Position numbers and translations under genes: made by a program. From Klebsiella pneumoniae (lineage in GTDB: Bacteria > Pseudomonadota > Gammaproteobacteria > Steroidobacterales > Steroidobacteraceae), in contig CAMCBU010000010.1 of assembly GCA_945873095.1 (NCBI GenBank), positions 9,574 through 73,573 on the forward strand: DNA of 64,000 bases. The letters are read 5' to 3'. Positions within the stretch are counted from its first letter, which is position 1. Each line of letters opens with the position of its first letter. Shown piece by piece: positions 55,752-64,000 of this stretch. The notes under the pieces were generated by a model that searched no databases, was not told the origin of the DNA, and was given only the letters and a program-made list of their open reading frames with translations.

Positions 55752-56738
55752 ATGCCCTCGTACAAAACGATCCTCGTTGCCATCAAGGATCTCGACGCTC
55801 GTACCATGCCCGCCGTGCGCAAGGCCGCGCAGCTCGCCAAGTTGCAGGGCGCGACGCTCGAACTCTTCCACGCCTTGTCTGACACGGTCCTCGTCGATGC
55901 ACTCGAGGCAAGACGCATCAGCCTCAAAGACTTCGAAGCGGAGCGGCTCGCCGTCGTCCAAAAACGCCTCGAGGCACTCGCCCAGCGCATCCGCAAACAC
56001 GATATCGAAGTCACCTGCGCGGCCGACTGGGACTACCCGCCTGCCGACGCCATCGTACGTCGGGCGATGCGCATCAAGGCAGATCTCATCGTCGCCGAGC
56101 GCCACGCCGCTCGCCACCTGGCCGGCTGGATGTTGGCCTATACCGACTGGGAATTGCTGCGCCACGCGCCCTGCGCGGTGCTGCTCGTGAAGGTGGCCAA
56201 ACCCTACCATCGACCGGTGATTTTGACCGCGATCGATCCGTTCCATGCGCACGAAAAACCGGCGCGCCTCGACGCCGCCTTGCTCGCGGCGAGCGGCGCG
56301 GTCGCCGCATCGCTGTCGGGCAAATTACACATCGTGCACTGCGTGCCACCGTCCACGTTGGTGGCGACCGGTTGGGCATCCGGGCCCATCGTCGTCGATG
56401 CGGGCCGCGGCATCAAGGCGTTAACCCGAGCCAAGCAAGCCCTCGCGGCCGAGGTTGCACGGCATCCGCTGCCCTCGCACAAACTCGCCGTCATCGAAGG
56501 TGCGGCGCGCGAGGCGATCCCGCAAGCCGCGCGCCAATTGAAGGCCTCGCTCGTCGTGATGGGCGCCGTGTCGCGCTCAGGTCTCAAGCGTCTGTTGATT
56601 GGCAATACCGCCGAGGCGATCCTCGATGCGTTGAGCTGCGATGTGCTGGTCATCAAGCCGGGGCGATTCCAGAGCAAGATTGCGCGCCGCAGCCGTGGCG
56701 CCCAGCTGATGTCGCTGCCGAACGCGATGACCGGCTAA
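55752..56738 (+). CDS. tandem universal stress protein (UspE-like)
   Basis: The ATG at 55752 is preceded by GGAGG. There are two Usp domains (MPSYKTILVAIKD... and ...LVVMGAVSRSGLKRLLIGNTAEAIL). Confidence 0.85.
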   Translation: MPSYKTILVAIKDLDARTMPAVRKAAQLAKLQGATLELFHALSDTVLVDALEARRISLKDFEAERLAVVQKRLEALAQRIRKHDIEVTCAADWDYPPADAIVRRAMRIKADLIVAERHAARHLAGWMLAYTDWELLRHAPCAVLLVKVAKPYHRPVILTAIDPFHAHEKPARLDAALLAASGAVAASLSGKLHIVHCVPPSTLVATGWASGPIVVDAGRGIKALTRAKQALAAEVARHPLPSHKLAVIEGAAREAIPQAARQLKASLVVMGAVSRSGLKRLLIGNTAEAILDALSCDVLVIKPGRFQSKIARRSRGAQLMSLPNAMTG

Positions 56739-56741
56739 TTC

Positions 56742-57905
56742 TCAGAACGCATTGAGCCCCGTCAGCTCTCGACCGACCGAGAGCTGATGGATGGTCTCGG
56801 TTCCTTCGTAGGTGATCACGCTCTCGAGATTGAGCGCGTGGCGAATCGCCGCGTAGTCGGTGGTGATACCCGCGCCACCGAGCAGATCCCGCGCCTCGCG
56901 CGCCACGTCGATCGCCGCGCGACAGTTGTTCCACTTGGCGAGCGACACCTGCACCGGCGAGAGGATGCCCCGATCCTTCCGATGCGCCAGTTGCAGCGCG
57001 AGCGACTGCCCCACCGCAATCTTGCGAGCCATTTCGGCGAGGCGGATTTGCACCGCTTGCGTGGCCGCAAGCGGTCGGCCGAACAACAGGCGTTCACGCG
57101 TGTAGTGCAGCGTCTCGGACAAGCAGGCTTGGGCTGCCCCGAGCACGCCCCACGCGATGCCGAAGCGGGCTTGCGTCAGACACGACAGCGGCGCCTTCAG
57201 GCCTACACTGCTGCCTGGCAAGAGATTCGCTTGCGGCAAGACGACATCATCAAAGAATAGTGCACCCGTCGCCGACGCGCGCAGCGACATTTTGCGCTCG
57301 ATTTCTTGGGAGCTGAAACCCCGCATGCCGCGCTCGACGATAAAGCCTCGCACGCCCTCGTCGGTCAGCGCCCACACCACCGCCACATCGGCGATCGGTG
57401 CGTTGGTGATCCACATCTTGGACCCGTTCAACACCCAGTCACCGCCGCGCTGGCGCGCCGTCGTGTTCATGTTGAGCGGATCGGAGCCTCCGTGCGACTC
57501 GGTCAGACCAAAGCACCCGATCGCCTCGCCTCGTGCCATCGCGGGCAACCAGCGTTCGCGCTGCGCCTCGCTCCCGTAGGCATGGATCGGATACATGCAG
57601 AGTGATGACTGCACCGAGACGAAACTGCGCAAAGCCGAGTCGCCTCGTTCGAGTTGTTGACAGATCAGTCCGTAACAAACGGCATTGAGTCCCGCACAGC
57701 CGTAGCCCTCGAGCGAGGAACCGAGCAGACCGAGCCGCGCCAAAGGCAGGACGAGCTCGCGTGGAAAATAATGGTCGGCAAAGTGACGGCCGATGTCGGG
57801 CAACACCTCCGCGTCTACAAAGCGCGCAACGGAGTCACGAACGAGGCGTTCGTCCTCCTGCAACTCGTCTTCGATGCCCGTTAGATCGAGCGGATCGTGC
57901 GCCAT
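56742..57905 (-). CDS. gcdH: glutaryl-CoA dehydrogenase
   Basis: 387 aa. Strong similarity by eye to GCDH (YGCAGLNAVCYGLICQQLERGDSALRSFVSVQSSLCMYPIHAYGSE...GCFGLTESHGGSDP...KMWITNAPIAD). Confidence 0.88.
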   Translation of the reverse strand: MAHDPLDLTGIEDELQEDERLVRDSVARFVDAEVLPDIGRHFADHYFPRELVLPLARLGLLGSSLEGYGCAGLNAVCYGLICQQLERGDSALRSFVSVQSSLCMYPIHAYGSEAQRERWLPAMARGEAIGCFGLTESHGGSDPLNMNTTARQRGGDWVLNGSKMWITNAPIADVAVVWALTDEGVRGFIVERGMRGFSSQEIERKMSLRASATGALFFDDVVLPQANLLPGSSVGLKAPLSCLTQARFGIAWGVLGAAQACLSETLHYTRERLLFGRPLAATQAVQIRLAEMARKIAVGQSLALQLAHRKDRGILSPVQVSLAKWNNCRAAIDVAREARDLLGGAGITTDYAAIRHALNLESVITYEGTETIHQLSVGRELTGLNAF

Positions 57906-57941
57906 GGTGTCCCCCCCGTGCCTATCCGACCAAAACCTGAC

Positions 57942-59144
57942 TCAAGCAGACGCTTTGCCGACGACTTGACGCGTCTGCAAATCCGCGATGCCCGCGGCAT
58001 CAAACCCCAGCCTTTCTAGCACTTCGACGGCATGCTCGCCGGGCTTGGCGAGATCACCGCCTTGCGAAGGACGGCGCCCGTCCATCTCGAGCGGCAAGAT
58101 CGGCAGCCGCGTCGCGCGCCCATCGGGCAGCGTCGTCGCGCCAAGACCACCACTGGCCGCCAAGTGGGGATCGTCGAACATTTCCTCGGGTTTGCCAATG
58201 GGTGCGAACGGCAATCCTGTCTTCTCCAAGATCGGCACGAGCTCGGCCTTGGTATAGCCCTTGAAAAGCTCGCGAACCTTGGGTAGCAAGGCCTCGCGCT
58301 GCAAAACGCGCTGCGAATTCGTCTGCAAGGATTCATCGGCACCGAGCGCAGTGAGTGCGAACGCCTGACAGAATTTTTGCCATAGACCATCGCTCACGAT
58401 ACCGACGAAGACCTGCTGCTGATCCTTCGTCTCGAAAACATCGTAGATGGCCCAAGCCGAGATGCGAACGGGCATCGGCTTCGCGGGTTGCCCCGTCACG
58501 GCCATCTGCGCCATATGTTGCCCCACCAAATAGACGGTGGTCTCGAAGAGCGAGCTGCTGACCTTTTGTCCTTGACCTGTTTTATGTCGCTGCTCGATCG
58601 CCGCCAGTACACCGATGACACCGAACATACCGCCGGTCACATCGATGACCGAGGTGCCGGCGCGCAGCGGCCGTCCCGGTGGCCCGGTCATGTACGCGAG
58701 GCCACCCATCATCTGGGTGACCTCATCGAGCGCCGTTCGATGTTCATAGGGACCGGATAAAAACCCCTTCTCGGAGCAATAGATCAAACGTGGGTTACGG
58801 GCCGCGAGTGCCTCGTAACCGAGACCGAGCTTATCCATCGCACCGGTGCGAAAATTCTCGACGACGACGTCCGCCGAATCGCACAGACGCCGCGCGATCT
58901 CCAAACCCTCCGCGCACTTGAGATCGAGACAGATGCTTTTCTTGTTGCGGTTGTACATCGGGAAGTAACCCGCGCCCGAACCCAACAAATGACGCGTCGA
59001 GTCACCGCCGATGGGTTCGACGCGCACCACCTCGGCACCGAGCTCAACAAGGATGGCACCAACCGCAGGACCCATCACCATGTGCGTGAACTCGACGACT
59101 TTGATGCCGTGCAAAGGCAAACTGGCAGGATCAGGCAAACTCAT
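57942..59144 (-). CDS. CaiB/BaiF family III CoA-transferase (GcoT-like)
   Basis: The ATG at 59144 (MSLPDPASLPLHGIKVVEFTHMVMGP...) overlaps the stop of the upstream lyase gene (ATGA). The 74 codons upstream in the ORF track overlap that gene. Confidence 0.85.
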   Translation of the reverse strand: MSLPDPASLPLHGIKVVEFTHMVMGPAVGAILVELGAEVVRVEPIGGDSTRHLLGSGAGYFPMYNRNKKSICLDLKCAEGLEIARRLCDSADVVVENFRTGAMDKLGLGYEALAARNPRLIYCSEKGFLSGPYEHRTALDEVTQMMGGLAYMTGPPGRPLRAGTSVIDVTGGMFGVIGVLAAIEQRHKTGQGQKVSSSLFETTVYLVGQHMAQMAVTGQPAKPMPVRISAWAIYDVFETKDQQQVFVGIVSDGLWQKFCQAFALTALGADESLQTNSQRVLQREALLPKVRELFKGYTKAELVPILEKTGLPFAPIGKPEEMFDDPHLAASGGLGATTLPDGRATRLPILPLEMDGRRPSQGGDLAKPGEHAVEVLERLGFDAAGIADLQTRQVVGKASA

Positions 59145-60082
59145 TGACGAACTCCTGCCATGGACGACGCCGGCTGGAACCCCAGCGGCAGCCCGGCATC
59201 CGGGGTGAAACCATAAAGAGCATCGTTCGGCAGCGCATCTTTGAGAATGCGACGAACGTCGAGCAACTTCGGCAAATCGATGCCCGTGGGTAAACCCATG
59301 GCTTCGAGCATGAAGACCAGATCTTCGGTCACGATATTGCCCGACGCACCCGGCGCAAACGGACAACCGCCAAGCCCCCCTAAAGAACTATCGAAGGTGG
59401 TGATCCCGACTTCAAGACCCGCCATGACGTTCGCAAGGCCGAGACCGCGCGTGTTGTGCAGATGCAGCCCGGCGAGCGCATGCTCACCGACGGCGGCTCG
59501 CACGCGCTTGACCAAATCTTTGACCTGAGTCGGGTTTGCATAGCCGGTTGTGTCCGACAGCCCGACCTCGTCGCAACCGGCCTTCATCAAGGCTTCCGCC
59601 AGCGCGACCACCCGCTCCGGTGGTACCACACCCTCGAGAGTGCAGCCGAACGCCGTCGAGAGTCCACCTTCGAACTTCGGTCGCTGGTCGACTGGGAGAC
59701 TGCGAATGAGCGCAGCAATCTGTCGCGACTCCTCGATCATCTGCGCGTGGGTACGCCGAACGTTTTTTAGGCTGTGCGTTTCGGAAGTCGAAAGAGGGAT
59801 GGTGATCTTGTGCGCGCCCGCGACGATCGCCGCCTCGGCGCCTTTGAAATTGGGCACCAGCACGGCGACGGTCAATCCCGGAATCGTCCGAGCGAAGGCC
59901 ACGACCTCGGCGGTGTCGGCCAGTTGCGGCAACAGTTTCGCCGGCACGAAGCTGCCTACTTCGATCTCGGTGACGCCCGCTGCCGCTTCTGCGGCGATCC
60001 AAGCCTGCTTGGCCTCGAGCGACATGAGGTTCGCAATACTTTGCAGGCCATCGCGCGGGCCCACCTCGCTAATCAGAATCAT
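59141..60082 (-). CDS. HMG-CoA-lyase family protein (HMGL-like)
   Basis: MILISEVGPRDGLQS...HLHNTRGLGLAN...GGLGGCPFAPGASGNIVTEDLVFML. The ATG at 60082 overlaps the stop of the LeuD-like gene. Confidence 0.88.
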   Translation of the reverse strand: MILISEVGPRDGLQSIANLMSLEAKQAWIAAEAAAGVTEIEVGSFVPAKLLPQLADTAEVVAFARTIPGLTVAVLVPNFKGAEAAIVAGAHKITIPLSTSETHSLKNVRRTHAQMIEESRQIAALIRSLPVDQRPKFEGGLSTAFGCTLEGVVPPERVVALAEALMKAGCDEVGLSDTTGYANPTQVKDLVKRVRAAVGEHALAGLHLHNTRGLGLANVMAGLEVGITTFDSSLGGLGGCPFAPGASGNIVTEDLVFMLEAMGLPTGIDLPKLLDVRRILKDALPNDALYGFTPDAGLPLGFQPASSMAGVRQ

Positions 60083-60732
60083 GCTCTCGGTTTCTCCACG
60101 TTCGTCGGAATCACCGTCGAATAAATCCAAGGACGCTCCAGTCGATCACGCGCGATGAAGGCGTCGATGTCGGCGCGGTGCTTCAAAGTGAGATCGATCC
60201 CGTCTAGCCCCTCGAGCAACATTTCGCGCGCTTCACTCTCTAGCTCGAATTTTTTGATGTAGCTACCCGCACGCACTTCGCCCGCCTCGAGATCCACCTC
60301 GAGCGGATGCGTGGCTGGCCCCGAGGCGACAAATTCGGCAAGCGCAGCGACCTCCTCCGGAGCGAGGGTCACGGGCACGATGCCGTTGCGCACACAGTTG
60401 CCGCGAAAAATCGGCGCGAACGAGGGCGCGATCACGACTCGAATACCAAACTCGTGCAGCGCCCAAACGGCGTGCTCGCGACTCGAGCCGCAGCCGAAAT
60501 TCTCGCCACCGAGCAGGATCCTCGTGCCGGCATAGGCCGACTGATTCAAGACGAACTCGGGGTTCGGCTCGCGCCCGCCGATCTCGGTATAGCGCCAGCC
60601 GGCGAAGAGACCGTCCGCGAGACCGGTTTTCGATACCGACTTCATCTCGCGCGACGGAATGATCGCATCGGTGTCGACATTCGCCCGCAGGATCGGCGCA
60701 GCGACCGCGCGCAAAGAACGGAACGGTTCCAT
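60079..60732 (-). CDS. aconitase-family dehydratase small subunit (LeuD-like)
   Basis: 217 aa with a swivel-domain motif, GENFGCGSSREHAVWAL. Confidence 0.88.
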   Translation of the reverse strand: MEPFRSLRAVAAPILRANVDTDAIIPSREMKSVSKTGLADGLFAGWRYTEIGGREPNPEFVLNQSAYAGTRILLGGENFGCGSSREHAVWALHEFGIRVVIAPSFAPIFRGNCVRNGIVPVTLAPEEVAALAEFVASGPATHPLEVDLEAGEVRAGSYIKKFELESEAREMLLEGLDGIDLTLKHRADIDAFIARDRLERPWIYSTVIPTNVEKPRA

Positions 60733-62157
60733 TCAGTTCGCCTCACCCGTCAAGCGACGGAAATCGATCAAGTGCCCAGCGACGGCGCTCGCTGCCACGG
60801 TCTCCGGACTCGCAAGGTGAGTACGTGTCTCCGGGCCCTGCCGACTCTCGAAATTGCGGTTGGTCGATGACACCACACGCTCCTGCTTACCGAAGCTTTC
60901 GCCGCCAGCAAAGAAGCACATCGAACAACCCGACTCACGCCATTCGAAACCGGCGTCCCGGAAAACTTGGTCGAGCCCTTCGGCTTCGGCAGCCCGCTTC
61001 ACCGACATCGAACCCGGCACGCAGATCGCGCGCACACCGGCGGCGACACGCCGACTACGCAAAATCGCGGCGGCACGCCGCAGGTCGCTCAAGCGGCTGT
61101 TGGTGCACGACCCAATGAACGCCGCATCGATCTTCAGCGACTCGAGCGCCACGCCGGGCGCGAGATCCATGTATTGCAGCGCGCGCGAGTACGCCTCGGC
61201 GGTTGTACCACTACCGGCCTGATCTGGAACCGACGCGCGAATCGGCACCGCATGCTCTGGACTCGTACCCCAAGTGATCATCGGCGCAAGATTCGACACA
61301 TCGATGACGATCTCTTTGTCGAAAACCGCCGCCGCGTCCGTACGCAAAGCCCGCCACGATTCCACCGCCTCGTCCCACTCCGCACCCGCGGGTGCATGGG
61401 CGCGCCCTTGCAGGTAGGCGAAGGTCTTCTCATCGGGCGCGATGCAGCCCGTCACCGCCGAAAACTCGGTCGCCATGTTGCAGAGCGTCAATCGCGCTTC
61501 GATTTCGAGCGCCTCGACCGCGGCGCCGGCGTATTCGACGGCATAGCCGTTTCCGCCGACTGAACCGTGCGCCGCAATCAGCGCAAGCGTCATATCTTTG
61601 GCCGTGACACCCGCGGGTAACTTCCCCTCGAAGCGTACGCGCATCGTCTTCGGTCGCTTCACGCGCAGCGTGCCGGTCGCCAACGCATGCTCGGCCTCGG
61701 TTGAGCCAATTCCCCAAGCGAAGGCACCCATCGCACCCTGTGTGCAGGTGTGGCTGTCTGGGCAGACGACCGTCGCACCCGGTAGCACGATGGCAAGCTC
61801 CGGCGAAATCACGTGCACGATTCCCTGCAACGGGTCGCGAACATCGAAGAGGTGGATACCGGCCGCCTGCGCTGCCTGGCGAGTCTCGACGATGAAGTTC
61901 GTGCCACCCGGCATGCGCGTCTCGTCGCCACGCCCCACGGTGGTGTCGACGATGTGGTCCATCGTGCAAAACACCCGCGAGGGATCGCGCACGGGGCGTC
62001 CGGTGTCTCGCAGGCTTTTGAGCGCCACCGAACCGGTGCGCTCGTGGAGAAAAATCCGATCGATCGCCAGCAGCGCGACGCCCTCGCCGAGCTCGCGAAC
62101 GAGGTGGGAGGTCCAGAGTTTGTCGAACAGGGTTCGGGGGGGGGCTGAGGCGGTCAT
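60733..62157 (-). CDS. aconitase-family dehydratase large subunit (LeuC-like)
   Basis: 474 aa with Fe-S cysteines in CPDSHT, GSCTNSR and GCSMC contexts. The LeuC-like N-terminus (LFDKLWTSHLV...IDRIFLHE) diverges at the substrate loop. Confidence 0.88.
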   Translation of the reverse strand: MTASAPPRTLFDKLWTSHLVRELGEGVALLAIDRIFLHERTGSVALKSLRDTGRPVRDPSRVFCTMDHIVDTTVGRGDETRMPGGTNFIVETRQAAQAAGIHLFDVRDPLQGIVHVISPELAIVLPGATVVCPDSHTCTQGAMGAFAWGIGSTEAEHALATGTLRVKRPKTMRVRFEGKLPAGVTAKDMTLALIAAHGSVGGNGYAVEYAGAAVEALEIEARLTLCNMATEFSAVTGCIAPDEKTFAYLQGRAHAPAGAEWDEAVESWRALRTDAAAVFDKEIVIDVSNLAPMITWGTSPEHAVPIRASVPDQAGSGTTAEAYSRALQYMDLAPGVALESLKIDAAFIGSCTNSRLSDLRRAAAILRSRRVAAGVRAICVPGSMSVKRAAEAEGLDQVFRDAGFEWRESGCSMCFFAGGESFGKQERVVSSTNRNFESRQGPETRTHLASPETVAASAVAGHLIDFRRLTGEAN

Positions 62158-62300
62158 GTCAACTGCGAATTATGCCCCGCGGAGCCGCCGTTGGGGTCTG
62201 GACAACACCCCGCTCCAGCCTCTGGTCACCCTCTGGCGGCCACTCCGAGACTGCACTACAGTTGGGTCATCCAATTTGCGTTCATTGAGGCGCTTGCACC

Positions 62301-64000
62301 ATGCGACTGCTGCGATCCCCGTCTTCGTTGGCCACCCTGCTGTGTCTGTTCGCGATCACCGTCGCTCGGGCTGCTCTGCCTCCGGTCGAATCGTTTGGCA
62401 CGACCCCGATCATCGATAACGTGACCCTGTCGCTAGATGGGCGCTACATCGCCTCCTCGTACGCCGGTGACAAGGTCTCGATCGTCATCCTCGATCGCAG
62501 CACCAAAAAGCTCACCCAACGGGTTGATTTCGATCAGAGCCTGAAGTTGCGCGGCATGAACTTCGTGAGCGATCACGTGCTCATTGCGCAGTTCTCGATC
62601 ACCTACACGCAGCGCGGTAATACCGAAGAAAAAGCCGAGATCGGTGCGGTCTTCTCGATTGACGTGCGCGATGGCTCCTCGCGCCAATTGCTCGAGGCGA
62701 AAACCAATAGCCGTATCTACCCCTCGAGCGGTGGTTTTCTCTCGCGCAAGGGGGCTGCACCCGATGAAATCTTGATGAGCGCCTTGTTGCTCGAGAACGC
62801 GGCCGCGGGTTCCTCGCCGGATGAGGCCTCGAACAGCGTCCTGAGCGTGAATCCGTTGACGGGCAAGTGGCGGGTCATCGAAAAAGGCAGTCGAACCACC
62901 AGCGGCTGGCTCATCGACGCCGAGGGCCGCATCGTCGGTCGTTCCGAGTTCAACCGCAAAGAACAACGCCGCACGATTCGTATCAAGGACGGTGACGACT
63001 ACCGCATCATCTACGAGCACACCGATCCGGACTTCAACACCATCGGTCTTGCAGCGGACGGTCAGTCCGTCCTCGCCCTCGGCGCGCGCGGCGGCGATCG
63101 AGTGCGCCTGTGGAGCATCCCGTTCGCCGGTGGTGGTCCGCAGCCGCTATACCAAGATCCCGAGCATGATGTCGAGGGCGTCGTGCGGGATATCTACGAT
63201 CGCCGCTTACTCGGCGTCAGTGTGGGCGGCTTGGAGCAGCGGGTGCAGTGGCTCGATTCGGCCGCCGAGGCGCGCGTGAAGTCGCTCGAGGCGGCTCTCC
63301 CCGGTCGTCGCATTCAGATCGCCGGATATACCCGCGATGGAAAGACGGTCCTCGCTTTCGCGGGCAGTCGCAACAACCCGGGCGTCTACTACCTGATCGA
63401 CTTCGCAACCAATCGTGCCGAGGTCGTCGGGCAGGAATACCCGCAGCTGGCCAAGGTCGCCCTCGGCAAAGTGAGCAACATCACCTACCCCGCTCGCGAT
63501 GGCTATAAGGTCCCCGCCTATCTGACCCTGCCCGCCGGCGCGAGCGCATCGACCAAAGATTTGCCTCTCGTCGTCTTGCCGCACGGCGGCCCGCGCGCGC
63601 GCGATTCCGGCGTGGGCTTCGACTGGTGGTCGCAGTTCGTGGCCTCGCGTGGCTATGCGGTGTTGCAACCGCAGTTTCGCGGCTCGACCGGTTTTGGCCA
63701 AAAGCATGAACTCGCGGGTTACCGGCAGTGGGGCCAACTGATGCAGCACGACGTCACCGACGGCGTGAAATATTTGGTCGAGTCCGGGATGGTGAATCCG
63801 GATCGCGTCTGTATCGTCGGCGCGAGCTACGGCGGCTACTCGGCCCTCGCCGGTGCGGCCTTCACGCCGGATCTCTATCGTTGCTCGGTCAGCGTCGCTG
63901 GCGTGTCGGATCTGGTCGAGATGCTGCGCTGGGTCGAGGATCGCGGCGGCATCGAAGATCCGGCCGTGCGCTTTTGGCGCAAACACATCGGCAAGACGGG
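62301..64000 (+). CDS. S9-family serine peptidase (prolyl oligopeptidase/dipeptidyl peptidase-like), 3' end outside the window
   Basis: My own translation from ATG 62301: MRLLRSPSSLATLLCLFAITVARA (signal peptide), a beta-propeller-like N-terminal part, then ...LPLVVLPHGGP...FRGSTGFG...CIVGASYGGYSAL (GxSxGG nucleophile elbow). It is not in the ORF track because no stop occurs before the window end. Confidence 0.85.
   Translation, partial: MRLLRSPSSLATLLCLFAITVARAALPPVESFGTTPIIDNVTLSLDGRYIASSYAGDKVSIVILDRSTKKLTQRVDFDQSLKLRGMNFVSDHVLIAQFSITYTQRGNTEEKAEIGAVFSIDVRDGSSRQLLEAKTNSRIYPSSGGFLSRKGAAPDEILMSALLLENAAAGSSPDEASNSVLSVNPLTGKWRVIEKGSRTTSGWLIDAEGRIVGRSEFNRKEQRRTIRIKDGDDYRIIYEHTDPDFNTIGLAADGQSVLALGARGGDRVRLWSIPFAGGGPQPLYQDPEHDVEGVVRDIYDRRLLGVSVGGLEQRVQWLDSAAEARVKSLEAALPGRRIQIAGYTRDGKTVLAFAGSRNNPGVYYLIDFATNRAEVVGQEYPQLAKVALGKVSNITYPARDGYKVPAYLTLPAGASASTKDLPLVVLPHGGPRARDSGVGFDWWSQFVASRGYAVLQPQFRGSTGFGQKHELAGYRQWGQLMQHDVTDGVKYLVESGMVNPDRVCIVGASYGGYSALAGAAFTPDLYRCSVSVAGVSDLVEMLRWVEDRGGIEDPAVRFWRKHIGKT

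Noticed and set aside
55682-56014. Upstream 111 codons of the 627-aa FAD-oxidoreductase ORF. The same issue applies to 59145-59366 (CoA-transferase) and 60083-60130 (lyase).
   Set aside because: These parts overlap neighbouring real genes or the divergent usp gene, and their composition is low-complexity. Internal ATGs give homologous N-termini with ATGA coupling or a good RBS.
62433-63986. Minus-strand ORFs of 195 aa and 259 aa listed in the track.
   Set aside because: The plus strand here translates into a continuous S9 peptidase with a signal peptide and the GASYGGY nucleophile motif. It is missing from the track only because it has no stop in the window. The minus ORFs are shadows.
1-64000. 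Search for tRNA, rRNA, CRISPR arrays, IS elements, integrases, prophage genes, toxin-antitoxin pairs or defence cassettes.
   Set aside because: None were seen. Intergenic spaces are mostly under 100 nt, and the few longer ones (flagellin spacers) contain only promoters, hairpins and one gene fragment. No spacer-repeat periodicity or cloverleaf-type structure was noticed by eye. A computational scan (tRNAscan-SE, Infernal, CRISPR finders) would be needed to exclude small RNAs.

Overview
High-GC (about 65%) gammaproteobacterial chromosome segment; gene order suggests a Xanthomonadales/Nevskiales-like organism. It is almost entirely ordinary, tightly packed core genome. Content, in order: (1) a histidine operon, hisD(partial)-C-B-H-A-F-IE. 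(2) A convergent bifunctional aspartokinase/diaminopimelate decarboxylase preceded by a translationally coupled small ORF. (3) A DUF62 SAM hydrolase, an SDR and a LysM L,D-transpeptidase. (4) A roughly 43 kb polar-flagellum regulon (11.7-54.1 kb), reading right to left on the minus strand. It comprises flgBCDEFGHIJKL, six short flagellin paralogues plus one degenerate flagellin-like gene, fliD, fliS, a PilZ-like gene and fleQ. These are followed by an orphan HTH gene, fliEFGHIJ, a short fliK, fliLMNOPQR, flhBAF, fleN, fliA, motCD and DUF2802/HDOD genes. flgA-flgM-flgN lie divergently on the plus strand. (5) An FAD oxidoreductase, a tandem USP, a gcdH / CoA-transferase / HMG-CoA-lyase-like / LeuCD-like operon, and a 3'-truncated S9 peptidase. 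By hand I found six sigma54 (-24/-12) elements with exact spacing and five sigma28 elements, so a FleQ/sigma54 then FliA/sigma28 hierarchy can be read from the DNA. I saw no rRNA, tRNA, CRISPR array, transposase, integrase or defence-type cassette. I do not see a clearly new system. The items most worth a second look are regulatory or architectural oddities of the flagellar cluster: a FleQ with no N-terminal domain plus an orphan 71-aa HTH gene coupled to fliE; a 175-aa FliK; a mosaic flagellin array with a degenerate flagellin and a gene-fragment scar; a consensus sigma28 promoter pointing antisense; and terminator or hairpin structures overlapping predicted transcription starts. A non-leucine LeuCD/HMGL/CoA-transferase operon is also worth a look. 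All motif calls are hand scans without tools, so other sites may have been missed.
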